Shown here one piece after another: positions 14,280-27,002 of a stretch of 64,000 bases of DNA (its first letter is position 1; each line of letters begins with the position of its first letter). The notes beneath the pieces are model-generated. The model was not told where the DNA came from, did no database searches, and saw only the letters and a list, made by a program, of their open reading frames with translations. A program made the translations under genes and the position numbers. This DNA comes from Octopus sinensis (Eukaryota), in contig NC_043002.1 of assembly GCF_006345805.1 (NCBI RefSeq), positions 111,972,001 through 112,036,000 of the forward strand. Direction: 5' to 3'.

Positions 14280-14600
14280 AAATTTTACCTGTTTCCAAAC
14301 ATATTACGACGGAATGCCAAGCATAGAAACGGAGCAATTTTGACATCTGTTTCTCTTCACTTCTAATGAAGCTTCTAAAGCTGTCAAAATCCGCCATTTG
14401 TGCAGCATACGGAGGAGGCGTTATTAATGAAAGAACTGCAGAGAAGTGGCTTTCACACTTCAAGGAAGGGAAATTCGACTACACAGACTCTCTGCATTCC
14501 GTCCAAAATGTTCAGATTATCACCTTTTCGGTCAATGGAAAAAGGTGTTAGAACTATGGTCATCTCAGAGCGTTCTCTATTGGACGAATGAATGTATTTC
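14280..14600 (+). mobile_element. Internally deleted mariner transposase remnant
   Basis: ICAAYGGGVINERTAEKWLSHFKEG (mariner HTH-like) fused to SDYHLF (YSPDLAPSDYHLF motif remnant). Confidence 0.7.
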
Positions 14601-15209
14601 CATCACCTTAGTTCTCTTCAACACGAAGACAAGCAACTTTGAACTGACTAGTCCGGAGTTGCCTGCCAAAGGGTCAAATGGATTTTAAAAAGTTGCTCTG
14701 CTAATTTCATACACCGTATGTTAGAAAAACAGAAAAGAAAGCCTCCGAGAAGGAATCGGTTAATCAGATGTGTTCACTTTGCTTCCCATTTGTTGGAAAC
14801 AATTATCTTTCTGCTTACGTTTCTACATGTTTATTTAATTAATTAATTAGCTTTCTTTGTCGGAAATGAGTCAATATTATCTACTGACAGCATACATTGA
14901 CCGGACATATTCCAGTCCTATCACACCTCTTCAGCAAAATATAGTCCAACAAGTACATGCCAGATCCTAGAACGACTTTTGAAGAACATTGTTTTTGTAC
15001 GGAAATAATCCACTGATTAAGCAGATTAAAATATTGGCACTGGAAAATTATCTGGTGGGGAACTTCTGTATAAAGAATTAATAGTTAATTGCCGACTGAC
15101 ATGCCTTATTCAATAAGCCAAAAAGAATGCTCCCTCTACTGAAATTGAACCTGTAATAAGAACTCGATTCTTGAACTTCGTTACACGAATGTATGTATAA
15201 TCGTATACC

Positions 15210-15387
15210 AGGTGCAGGAGTGGCTGTGTGGTAAGTAGATTGCTAACCAACCACATGGTTCCGGGTTCAGTCCCACTGCGTGGCACCTTGGGCAAGTGTA
15301 TTCTACTATAGCCTCGGGCCGACCAATGCCTTGTGTGTGGATTTGGTAGACGGAAACTGAAAGAAGCCCGTCGTATATATGTATATG

Positions 15388-15453
<66 letters not shown>

Positions 15454-15660
15454 TGTCTGTGTTTGTCCCCCTAGCATTGCTTGACAACCGATGCTGGAGT
15501 GTTTATGTCCCCGTCACCTAGCGGTTCGGCAAGAGAAACCGATAGAATAAGTACTGGGCTTACAAAAGAATAAGTCCCGGGGTCGAGTTGCTCGATTAAA
15601 AGGCGGTGCTCCAGCATGGCCGCAGTCAAATGACTGAAACAAGTAAAAGAGTAAAAGAGT
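15210..15660 (+). mobile_element. SINE family B
   Basis: Full-length match. Confidence 0.9.
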
Positions 15661-16287
15661 ATGAGAAAACAACCAGAAAAATGTATGTTTACGTTTGTAG
15701 AGTTCTGTCCAAGGGATTTGTGGGTGGGTGGGGGTGGGGTGCATGTGTGTGTGTGTGTATGGTGGCTTAATCATTTCTGTAATTCTTTATCTACTTCCAC
15801 TACTCTTTGTATCTGTCTGTTTAATGTGTATGTGTAATATATATATATATATATGTGGCTGTGTTCTGTGTCAGGATTGCGTTTGTGTGTATTTATGTGA
15901 ATGCGTCTGTGTCTTATGTTTATTTATATTTATGCAATGTATGTGTATACGTAAATGTGTATGTGTGTGTGTGTGTGCTTGCGTGCGTGTGTGTGTGCGT
16001 CTGTGTGTGTATGTGTGTGTGTGAAGCGACTGATGATTCCAGTACAGCCACTTTAATAGAATTACAAGGAGTGCTAGTCTCAAAACGGAAACTTTAGTCA
16101 GCTGTATTTCAGTGTCATCTGGTTTAGTCTCTAGTAAATCAAAATTCTTTTCTCCTCCAATCCAATGCAAACCACTTAGGCTACTGCCTATGCGAAAGTG
16201 GGAAATGTAGGACGAAGCAGTTAAAGGGAGGAGTAAGAGGAATAGTTTCTTTTTTTTGATTTTTTTTTTATCATAGCTAGAACGATT

Positions 16288-16531
16288 TACACTTTTACAT
16301 TTTTACACTTTTACTCTTTTACTTGTTTCAGTCAGTTGACTGCGGCCATGCTGGAGCACCGCCTTTAATCGAGCAACTCGACCCCGGGACTTATTCTCTT
16401 GTAAGCCCAGTACTTATTCTATCGGTCTCTTTTGCCGAACCGCTAAGTAACGGATACATAAACACACCAGCATCGGTTGTCAAGCAATGCTAGGGGGACA
16501 AACACAGACGCACAAACACACACACGCATAT

Positions 16532-16576
<45 letters not shown>

Positions 16577-16753
16577 TATACATATATACGACGGGCTTCT
16601 TTCAGTTTCCGTCTACCAAATCCACTCACAAGGCTTTGGTCGGCCCGAGGCTATAGTAGAAGACACTTGCCCAAGGTGCCACGCAGTGGGACTGAACCCG
16701 GGACCATGTGGTTGGTAAACAAGCTACTTACCACACAGCCACTCCTGCGCCTA
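16288..16753 (-). mobile_element. SINE family B
   Basis: Full-length match. Confidence 0.9.
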
Positions 16754-17000
16754 CAATTGTACGAGAAAAGTTTATGAACTTGAGAGCAGTTCAAATCTCG
16801 CTACAATTCATAGAAGTACCATCTATTAGTAATGAATTTTATCAATTCAACCGACCTACTCCCCCTCCAATAAAGTATAATTATACAGAAGAAAGAAATC
16901 TGTTCTACTTGGCAAAACAATCTCAAAGCGTTGCTGAAACTCCTAACACAAAATATTCTTGTTGCTATCAATAAAATTCAAGTGTTTATTATTCAATACT

Positions 17001-17300
17001 GTGGAGGCGCAATGGCCTAGTGGTGAGGGCAGCGGACTCGCGGTCGTAGGATCGCGGTTTCGATTCCCAGACCGAGCGTTGTGAGTGTTTATTGAGCGAA
17101 AACACCTAAAAAAGCTCCACGAGGCTCCGGCAGGGGGTGGTGATCCCTGCTGTACTCTTTCACCACAACTTTCACCCACTCTTTCTTCTGATAGCCTGCT
17201 CGCTTAGCCAGCGGGGTGGCGTCATTCGAAGGCTAAAACAATGCGAACGCATTGTGACCAGCGATGTGTAACAACATCTGATGGTCTGGTCGGTCACGTG
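17001..17300 (+). mobile_element. SINE with the family A head and a different 3' tail, with TSD
   Basis: A head to about 17185, then an unrelated tail ending GGTCACGTG; ATTATTCAATACT on both flanks. Confidence 0.85.
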
Positions 17301-18553
17301 ATTATTCAATACTATCATGTGGTCATGCTCTTTCTATTGCAAAAGGATTGTAAAAGCACTGTAATTATTTTAAAATTGAACAGCAGTGTGTTAAACTGCA
17401 GATATAAATCTTTCACGTAAAGTTTTAGGTGGATTATTTCAACCCTTTATATTACAAAGTTTTGAATGTCAAAAGTTCATATAATCATTGCTTAATATAA
17501 TGAAATAAGCTTTAACTCGATCTGTGATTCTATATTCCTCCCTAACTTTACTCATCCATGTATTATCCATACTTAGCATTGAACCATGCGCCAAGCCTAC
17601 ATTAATTCCTTAAACAGAAACCTTGCGTGAATTCTTCAGTAGGGGCTATGTCAATCCTGTTTTTCTCACACCAAGAAAAAAAAACCCACTACACCACATC
17701 ATAGATGTCGCTCCAAATGCTTGATTTCACTATCAGCGAGGACCCCTCCAGGCGAAAGCATATTTTAGGCATAACTAGGACTACTTTTCATTTCTTAAAG
17801 GTCAGAAAAGAGTCATTCATCTAATTGCTATTTAATCATTAACGGACACGCTAGAAACTCTAGCCTAAAAGTGTACTGTCTCCTCTCTCTCCCTCTCTCC
17901 CTCTCTCTCTCTCTTCCTCCTTCTCTCTTTTCCTCCTTCTCTCTCTCCCTCCCTCTCTCTCTCTCTCTACTATTGTTACCAAAATGATTTCTGTTCCTTG
18001 GAACTGGCTGGTCTCGTACCTCCGCTAATCCGCCAATCATCCCGACCTTCTTGTACTTTCTCCTCCTATAACTCTCGGTGCGCTCGATTCCTTGTCCCCA
18101 CACTAACTATTAATCCCATTTTTTTCTCCCTCTAATGTCCCCCCTTCCCCTGAAATCTTTCTCCCTTCTGGTCTCGAATGACCTGCAAGCGTCATGAACA
18201 ATGACCTTTCACCAAACTCAAGAAAATAAAATGTAATATCCCTCTGTCCTATCAGGAATGCTCCCTCCTATACCACAACTTCTTTATCCTCACGGATTGG
18301 AAAACTACGAAAGTGGTGGGATTTCATTGCCGCAGCCATGTATGATTTCCCGACCATCCCAACAACGAGTCGAATGACTGCTTGTGGTTCCGATAAACCA
18401 GAGACTTGACTAGCGCTTAATCTTTATCGGGTCGAAATGGGTCAGGAAGCCTAGAAACTGCAAGCATTACAAGTTCAAACGACCGTTTCCTCCCGTTTAC
18501 AATTACATACACATAAATACACATATAAATGCACATATATACGAACATATACA

Positions 18554-18938
18554 TGGAAGCACTCCGTCGGTTACGACGACGAGGGTTCCGGTTGATCCGA
18601 ATCAACGGAACAGCCTGCTCGTGAAATTAACGTGTAAGTGGCTGAGCACTCCACAGACACGTGCACCCTTAGCGTAGTTCTCGGGGATATTCAGCGTGAC
18701 ACAGAGAGTGACAAGGCCGGCCCCTTGAAATACAGGTACAACAGAAACAGGAAGTAAGAGTGAGAGAAAGAGTGGTGAAAGAGTACAGCAGGGATCACCA
18801 CCATCCCCTGCCGGAGCCTCGTGGAGCTTTTAGGTGTTTTCGCTCAATAAACACTCACAACGCTCGGTCTGGGAATCGAAACCGCGATCCTATGACCGCG
18901 AGTCCGCTGCCCTAACCACTGGGCCATTGCGCCTCCAC
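18554..18938 (-). mobile_element. SINE family A with TSD
   Basis: GAACATATACA on both flanks. Confidence 0.9.
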
Positions 18939-18979
18939 TGAACATATACATATACACTATAGGATAGCCGAGACATTTT

Positions 18980-19200
18980 ATTTCACTTTACTCCAGGCCA
19001 CTCAGCTGGCAAAAAGGGGCAGCGCCTATAATCCAAAAGGCCGGTCTGTTCCCATTCTGTGTTACACTGAATCTCCCCCAAGAACTATGTTAAGGGCACA
19101 CGTGTCTGTGGAGTGCTCAGTCACTTGAACGTTAATTTTACGAGCAGGCTGTTCCGTTGGATCAACTGGAACACTTGTCGTCACAACCGACGGTCTGCCA
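18980..19200 (+). mobile_element. Diverged SINE 3' part (tail shared with family A and the 24501 element)
   Basis: CCACTCAGCTGGCAAAA...GAACTATGTTAAGGGCACACGTGTCTGTGG. Confidence 0.75.
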
Positions 19201-19221
19201 GTTGCATCAGTTATATATATA

Positions 19222-19447
19222 TTTCTTTATTGCCCACAAGGGGCTAAACACAGAGGGGACAAACAAGGACAGACAAACGGATTAAGTCGATTACATCGAC
19301 CCCAGTGCGAAACTAATACTTTATTTATCGACCCCGAAAGGATGAAAGGCAAAGTCGACCTCGGCGGAATTTGAACTCAGAACGTAACGGCAGACGAAAT
19401 ACCGCTAAGCATTTCTTCCGGCGTGCTAACCATTCTGCCAGCTCTGC
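19222..19447 (-). mobile_element. SINE family C
   Basis: Reverse complement of 10739-10967. Confidence 0.85.
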
Positions 19448-19860
19448 TATTATGCAAAGTGTCGTAAGCCCAAAACATTGCTTTTTTAGAAAACGAAAAA
19501 ATAGTTTCACCATTCCTTTTCTTTTTACATTAGTTACAGTTTCAGCTAAACAATAATACGCTGTTGGGTGCACAAAATCCTTACTCCATCCATGTATAAT
19601 ATTTTCAGTCAGAAATATTTTTGCAAAAACTGTCGTGTTTGGGACTTACTACACTTTCTAAAAATACTAAACCGTTGTACTACACTTTGACAAATTCTGA
19701 TATCTTGGCATCTGAAGCAGCTGGAGATACGATAGTTTGACTAAAAGAACCGGCTATTGCAAGCAAAATTTAATATTGGAAAAAAAAGACGCATTTGGAC
19801 ATACAACAGTTTAACATAATAGCAACGGTACACACACACACATACTCATTCTTTTTTTTT

Positions 19861-20251
19861 TACTCTTTTACTTGTTTCAGTCATTTGACTGCGGCCATGC
19901 TGGAGCACCGCCTTTAGTCGAGCAAATCGACCCCGGGACTTATTCTTTGTAAGCCCAGTGCTTATTCTATCGGTCTCTTTTGCTGAACCGCTAAGTGACG
20001 GGGACGTGAACACACCAGCATCGGTTGTCAAGCAATGCTGGGGGGACAAACACAAACACACACACATATATATATATACATATATACGACAGGCTTCTTT
20101 CAGTTTCCGTCTACCAAATCCACTCACAAGGCTTTGGTCGGCCCGGGGCTATAGCAGAAGACACTTGCCCAAGATGCCACGCAGAGGGACTGAACCCGGA
20201 ACCATGTGGTTGGTTAGCAAGCTACTTACCACACAGCCACTCCTGCGCCTA
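19861..20251 (-). mobile_element. SINE family B
   Basis: Full-length match. Confidence 0.9.
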
Positions 20252-20554
20252 TATACATACATATTTTAAAAATTTTCTTTAACAGTTTAGCATTTCCGAT
20301 TACGTACCTTCCCACTTCTAATTCAGAGGTTACCTCAACATTTGTTGTTTGCATTTTAACCCTTTCAGACCTGGGCTCCTGAGCCAATAAATAAATAAAT
20401 AAATAAGTAGTTGCAGATTGAGCCTCAAGAGAAACGATTGCAGACAAACTGATGGACGGAATCAGCAGCATCTTCTTTTTCTACATGAGTTGTAACTTCG
20501 TTTGCTTTTGTCACAGTACACAATATAGTCAGTTGCTCTTGTTTTATATATCAA

Positions 20555-20951
20555 CTAGCAGTATCGCCCGGCGTTGCTCGGGTTTGTAAGGGAAATAACT
20601 ATATAAGCATTTTTAGAGATGTAAAGTATAATAGCCATCTCAATATGGCTAACCACAAAGGGAGGGGGGTTACTGTAGCTTTTTACGTTCTGAGATTTAA
20701 TAATGAATTTTTAGAGAGTTACTTCCCTTATATAATAGCGAAAAAAATGCATTAAAAATGGGAAAAATTCATGGTAATTTTTTTTTAAATCGTTGACTCA
20801 TCGTAGACGCGCGCTAATACCCAGAAGGGCTCGATATGAATTACGACTATAAGATACCCGGTTTTGGTTAAACTGCACCGCAAAATGTGGGAGTAGTTAG
20901 GAATCTAAATCGTAGGAGACAGACACACAACTTCACTTTCATATTTAAAGA
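20555..20951 (-). mobile_element. Non-autonomous Helitron (subtype 2)
   Basis: TC...hairpin-CTAG termini at an A^T site. Confidence 0.85.
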
Positions 20952-20989
20952 TATATTACCCAAAATACCTGAAAACACCTTTTGGCTCC

Positions 20990-21217
20990 TTTATCTTTTT
21001 ATCTTTTACCTTTGACTTGTTTCAGTTATTAGATGCGGCCATGCTGGAGCACTGCCTTCTAGTCGAGTAAATCGACCACAGGACTTATTCTTTGTAAGCC
21101 TAGTACTTATTCTCTCAGTCCCTTTTGCTGAACCGCTAAGTGACGGGGACGTAAACACACCAGCACCGGTTGTCAAGCAATGGTGGGGGGACAAACACAG
21201 ACTCACAAATATATACG

Positions 21218-21255
<38 letters not shown>

Positions 21256-21422
21256 TACGACGGTCTTCTTCCAGGTTCCGTCTACCAAATCCACTCACAA
21301 GGCTTTGGTCGGCCCGAGGCTATAGTAGAAGACACTTGCCCAAGGTGCCACGCAGTGGGAATGAACCCAGAACCATGTGGTTGGTAAGCAAGCTACTTAC
21401 CACACAGCCACTCCTGCGCCTA
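20990..21422 (-). mobile_element. SINE family B
   Basis: Full-length match. Confidence 0.9.
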
Positions 21423-21664
21423 GAAGAATTTTTGTTGAATATATTGATCTCGGTACTTAATTTTTTAAAGCCTTATACTTAACATATTCTTATAGTCTAT
21501 TTTGCTGAACCACCAAGTTTCGGATAATGTAATACTATTTTATTGAGCCTGAAAACATGACGGTGGGGGTCACGGCTGGGGCACTTTTTATGATAGGTCA
21601 ACATAGGTCTGCTCATTCAGGACTCCGTAGAGACCAAAGTACATAAACAATCGCCTCAAAATGG

Positions 21665-21850
21665 TTTCAAATTCTGGTATATAGCAAGGGGTTTTTGAGG
21701 GGATGGGGAGTCGACCTCACAACTTGACTGGTACTTATTTCATCGACTCCGAAAGGAAGAAACACAAAGTCGACCTCGGCAGGATTTGAACTTAGAAGGT
21801 GAAGACGAACGAAATGCCACCTAAGCATTTTAACCAGCGTGCTAACAATT
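21665..21850 (-). mobile_element. Diverged SINE family C
   Basis: CTGGTACTTATTTCATCGAC...GTCGACCTCGGCAGGATTTGAAC. Confidence 0.75.
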
Positions 21851-22420
21851 CGACCACTTCGCAGCTTTAACAACAGCAACAATATCAGGGACGTGTAAAG
21901 TAGAAGACACTTATACAGTGTTGCTACTTATTTTATTGACTTCTATGGGATGAAATACAAAGTTGGCCCGAGCATTAGGTTTGTCCTGAGAAGTTCATTC
22001 GGTGCGATCTACTACCATTTCTACCACTCTGCACCCGTTGTTAATCATAGTAAATGTCGCAGTTCAAAGAATTTTATATCAGAACAGGTTTACAGGTTTT
22101 AAGTGAATGTAGAACAAATATGTTTTGTCTAAGTGCGAAAGGTATGACTATTTAATAAGTGACATCATGCAAACAGTGACACAGGTGTGCCAATGAGTGT
22201 ATGAACGAACAAGCCCGTATGGTATAGCTTGACTTGCAAGAAAGCGGTAGCCAGCCATTTCTTAATGAAGAGCACACTGGATAATATAGTCGCATATACT
22301 CTTACAAAGCTGATCTGTGGCTAAAGAACAACGATATGAAACTATTCAATTTAATAACTAAAATTACTTTAGGTGAGCTCGCAAGCCTGTCATATACAAG
22401 TACATCTACATTTTTATATA

Positions 22421-22680
22421 CCGTATTTGACGGCATATAGGACGCACTTTTTTCCAAAAAATTTGGCTCAAAACATCGCCCTGCGTCTAATATGCGAAGT
22501 CAAGACCCTCCCGTAGGCTAATCTTCTCTCAGACGCTCACTAACCTAGCTTACGATAAGTATTTCTACCTACGCTAACGCCTTAATTATATTTTCCATAA
22601 TCATGCATCATTATTTTATTGCTAGTATTATTATTATTATTATTATTACTATTACCAGTAATATTACTTTAAAATACGAA
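22421..22680 (+). mobile_element. TcMar (Tc2/pogo-like) DNA transposon end fragment
   Basis: TA|CCGTATTTGACGGCATATAGGACGCAC terminus; near-identical second copy at 31877. Confidence 0.65.
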
Positions 22681-23133
22681 TTATCGTAAAGATCAAAGCA
22701 ATCTACCGTAAATTGTTAGGCTGCGATCCATGACACACGTTTACTAATATCAGCTGATCGGAACCCTAACTCGATGCCATCTGACGGTGAGGAGTAAAAC
22801 TACGGAATGCACATGATCGTTGCGAGTTCGTGTATATACGGAGGTAGGTTGGATATCTTGGTACAACAAAGTTTATGATCATAACAAAATACACTACAAC
22901 AGTACAAGCACCCTCGCGGCTATGGTAATACAACCTAAATAAGACTTACGGAGCCCATTCTGTTTCAGTAAATGGGAACCACAAAGTTACTCTTATTTGC
23001 GATAGATGTACTGAGCTGTTTAAGAGTTATGGTTTTCACCAGCAGAGCCATCTAGAATTGCAACCTTCACTTCTTTCTTCTCACACCGCTTCTCTCCCTT
23101 TTACTCTTTACCACACACATTATACACAGGTGC

Positions 23134-23211
<78 letters not shown>

Positions 23212-23622
23212 ATATTACGGAGATGTACTTCAATAGCAAGTGACCTGATCTGAGACCGTGTGCTGGAACGAAAACAATTGCAGCGTGGAAGGTGTTTATA
23301 AGCCATTTAAGAAACACACAAAATCCGTTAGATTTACTTCAACATTTAATTTAATTTGTCAAAATATTTTCGATATATATATATATATATATAACGCACA
23401 ATATGACTGCACACCTTTGATGCAAGTGCGATGAAGTGCTTCTCTGAAGTCTAAAACCGAAAACATTACGTAAATTTTCACTACGAATTTTTTCGTTGCA
23501 AGCAGAGTTAGTGCAGAAACGATTGTAAGGATGCGTTAAAGAATTTTCTTTGTTTTATTAGTATTATTTGAATATAGAGATAGACGCAGGAGTGGCTGCG
23601 TTGTAAAAAACTTGCCACACAA

Positions 23623-24021
23623 GGCGGAGAGCTGGCAGAAACGTTAACACGCCGGGCGAAATGCTTAGTGGTATTTCGTCTGCCGCTACGTGCTGAATTC
23701 AAATTCCACGGAGGTCGACTTTGCCTTTCATCCTTTCGGGGTCGATTAAATAAGTACCAGTTTCGCACTGGGGTCGATATAATCGACTTAATCCGTTTGT
23801 CCTCTCTGTTTTTAGCCCCTTGTGGGTAGTAAAGAAATAGGTATTTCGTTTGTCTTTCGTTCTGAGTTCAAATTCCGCCGAGGTCGACTTTGCCTTTCAT
23901 CCTTTCGGGGTCGATAAATTAAGTACCAGTTACGCATTGGGGTCGATGTAATCGACTTAATCCGTTTGTCTGTCCTTGTTTATCCCCTCTCTGTTTAGCC
24001 CCTTGTGGGAAATAAAGAAAT
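23623..24021 (+). mobile_element. SINE family C tandem dimer inserted in a family B head (23581-24052)
   Basis: Full C unit followed by a 5'-truncated second unit; B head sequence on both sides. Confidence 0.85.
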
Positions 24022-24225
24022 AAGAAGCTTCCTTCCCAACCACGTGGTTCCAGACATACACACACACATTACATATATATATATATAATCAGCCGAAATT
24101 GCGAGGATGATCCAGTTCTTGACTGAAGATTAGAGGTTTCGAATGATCCGTCCGTTTTTTGTATCGTCTATTTGAATGTTTTGCGTTCTTGTCCCATTTT
24201 GTATTTTTATATATATTTTTATACG

Positions 24226-24324
<99 letters not shown>

Positions 24325-24500
24325 ATGTATTTATGTATATATTGTGTGTGCGTGTGTCTGTGTGTAAGTAGATACATACATTCATAAATACATTAATCAA
24401 AGTGTACGATATTATACAGTTATGTCCGTTGACTCCAAGGTACTTGAGATGACTCTAAGGCAGCAAGAGACTAGTCTGTATCGCGGTAGCTATTGTATGT

Positions 24501-24820
24501 GAGGGCGCGTGGCTTAGTGGTTAGGGCATTCGGCTCATGATCGTAAGGTTGTGAGTTCGATTCCCGGCGACGCGTTGTGTCCTTGAGCAAGACACTTTAT
24601 TTCACGTTGCTCCAGTCCACTCAGCTGGCAAAAATGAGTTGTACTTGTATTTCAAAGGGTCAGCCTTGTCACTCTCTGTGTCACGCTGATTATCCCCGAG
24701 AACTACGTTAAGGGTACACGTGTCTGTGGAATGCTCAGCCATTTGCACGTTAATTTCACGAGCAAGCTGTTCCGTTGATCGTATCAGCTGGGACCCTCGT
24801 CGTCGTAACCGGCGGAGTCT
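24501..24820 (+). mobile_element. tRNA-derived SINE, family D head with family A-type tail
   Basis: TGGCTTAGTGG A box, GAGTTCGATTCCC B box, central GTCCTTGAGCAAGACACTT...CCACTCAGCTG, then the family A 3' half. Confidence 0.85.
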
Positions 24821-24979
24821 TTAAGCTATTGTATAGTGTACTGGTTTTCGCTGGGGACCGACATGAGTTCGACCTGAGCCAATCGCACCGACTGAGAGGG
24901 CTCCTTCAACATGGATGTGTGAATATATGTGTTTATGCAAGCGTATGAATGAGTGATTGTTTCCTTTGAAGTATATATA

Positions 24980-25150
24980 TTTTTTTTTCTAGTTTCATCT
25001 CAGAGCTGCGGCCATGCTGATGCACCGCCGTTAATGTGCTATGCTTACTGCACCTAGGTTTCCCAAGCGGTCACCCATCTAAGTACTGACTAGGCTTGAC
25101 GTTGCTTAACTTCGGTGATCAGACGAGAACCGGTGCTTTCAACGTGATGT
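24980..25150 (-). mobile_element. 5S rRNA-derived SINE-like element (5S part 25042-25150, tail and poly(A) 24980-25041)
   Basis: Minus strand CACGTTGAAAGCACCGGTTCTCGTCTGATCACCGAAGTTAAGCAACG...AGTACTTAGATGGGTGACCGC is metazoan 5S-like and is followed by GGCGGTGCATCAGCATGGCCGCAG...GAAAC and an A run. Confidence 0.85.
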
Positions 25151-25151
25151 A

Positions 25152-25281
25152 GGCACAAGGCCCGAAATTTTGGGGGAGGTGGTCAGTCAATTAGATCGAC
25201 CTCAGTACGCAACTAATACTTAATTTATCGACCCTGAAAGGATGAAAGCCAAAATCGACCTCGGCGGAATTTGAACTCAGA
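25152..25281 (-). mobile_element. SINE family C fragment
   Basis: Nin-like segment TTTATCGACCCTGAAAGGATGAAAG. Confidence 0.75.
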
Positions 25282-25284
25282 AAA

Positions 25285-25593
25285 GACCCATTTGGGTCAT
25301 GAATAACCATGGAATTGCACTTATAAAGTTACTCTCTTAGGCACAAGTCAGGGTGAGATTGTTTATGGAAGACTAACAGTCGCCCATGCATACCCCTCTC
25401 CATGTCACTAATATTGTCCAAGGGAAAGGCAAAAGCCAATACAGCTTGGCACTAGTGACATCGCAATTCATTTCTACAGCTGGGTGAACTTGAACAACAT
25501 GAAATAAAGTGTCTTGCTCAAGAACACAACACACAGCCCGGTCCAGGAATCGAACTCACTACCTCACGATTGTGAGCCCGATGCTCTAACCAC
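25285..25593 (-). mobile_element. tRNA-derived SINE (D-like head, third tail type)
   Basis: Minus strand GTGGTTAGAGC...GAGTTCGATTCC...TTCTTGAGCAAGACACTTTATTTC...CACCCAGCTG. Confidence 0.75.
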
Positions 25594-25700
25594 ACACCTG
25601 TGTGTGTAAATGTGTGTGTGTATAGGTATCACCTTATGTAGTGCACCTTGTACTGTCGTTTACAGATTGGTTGTATATTCATACATATAAACATGTAATA

Positions 25701-25931
25701 GGCGGTGAGCTGGCAGAAACGTTAGCGCGCCGGGCGAAATGAGTAGCCGTATTTCATCTGTCGTTACGTTCCGAGTTCAAATTCCGCCGAGGTCGACTTT
25801 GCCTTTCATCCTTTCGGGGTCGATAAATTAAGTACCAGTTACGCACTGGGGTTTGATGTAATCGACTTAATCCGTTTGTCGGTCCTTGTTTGTCCCCTCT
25901 GTGTTTAGCTCCTTGTGGGTAGTAAAGAAAT
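25701..25931 (+). mobile_element. SINE family C
   Basis: Full-length match to the 10739 copy. Confidence 0.85.
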
Positions 25932-26606
25932 ATATAAATATGTAACCTCATTCGTGTATTGGAATGCTGGACACTCACTTTGTCCTTATGACAAATTCAA
26001 AGATCATTATTTTATCCATTATTATTATTTTGCTATTTTCCTTCTTCCCCCACAATTAATGCTTCTTATCTACCATTCCTTATCTACCATTCCTTCACAT
26101 CTTCCTATTTCCTTTTCTAGCTTTCTATCACTAAGTATATTTCGCCTTTGTCAACTTATCATTGCTGTTGTTAATGCTTTCGTTGTTACAGCTGTTGTTG
26201 CTGCTGCCATAGCCGCTTTTATTGTTGTAGTTTTTGCCGTTGTTAATCCCGTAAATCCTCAGCTAGTCAGCCCTGTAAGTCGATACATGCGAGGATGAAG
26301 GGATAGAAAGAAACATTCCACAGTTACCACTTAACCACTCGACTACTAAGAAATACCACTGACATCTAAACCAACACTATCATCACTCCCATCTGACTTT
26401 ACGTCAGCATCATCCTCATGAGAAAATGCTTTACAGAGGAGAAAGAATAATAAACTAGAAACGGTCGAACACAAAACGCAAAACTCTTACGTTGACTGCA
26501 ATCTAGGAAATATTTGCAATTTTTTTAACGTTTTGATAAAGACGACGTTCTTCCATTATAATTCCTTTCACAGCGAGGATGCATCACGCGATTAATTGAT
26601 CCTAGT

Positions 26607-26974
26607 ATCTTTTACTCTTTTACTCTTTTACTTGTTTCAGTCATTTGACTGCGGCCATGCTGAAGCACCGCCTTTAATCGAGCAACTCGACCCCGGGACT
26701 TATTCTTTTTCTAAGCCCAGTACTTATTCTATCGGTCTCTTTTTGTAGAAACGCTAAGTAACGGGGACGTAAACACACCAGCATCGGTTGTCAAGCAATG
26801 CTAGGGGGACAAACACAGAGACGCAAACAAACACACATACATATATATATATATACATATATACGACAGGCTTCTTTCAGTTTCCGTCTACCAAATCCAC
26901 TCACAAGGCATTGGTTGGCCCGGGGCTATAGCAGAAGACACTTGCCCAAGATGCCACGCAGTGGGACTGAACCC
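26607..26974 (-). mobile_element. SINE family B truncated within the head
   Basis: B sequence ends at CTGAACCC, which abuts telomeric repeats. Confidence 0.9.
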
Positions 26975-27002
26975 TAACCCTAACCCTAACCCTAACCCTA
27001 AC
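26970..27002 (-). repeat. Short interstitial telomeric repeat, about (TTAGGG)5
   Basis: (AACCCT)5AAC on the plus strand. Confidence 0.9.

Noticed and set aside
18340-18450. Hairpin followed by GAAATGGGTC resembling a hammerhead 3' half
   Set aside because: No CUGANGA-like core found in register
25042-25150. Functional 5S rRNA gene
   Set aside because: 5' end missing, several substitutions, no T-run terminator, fused to a retroposon tail
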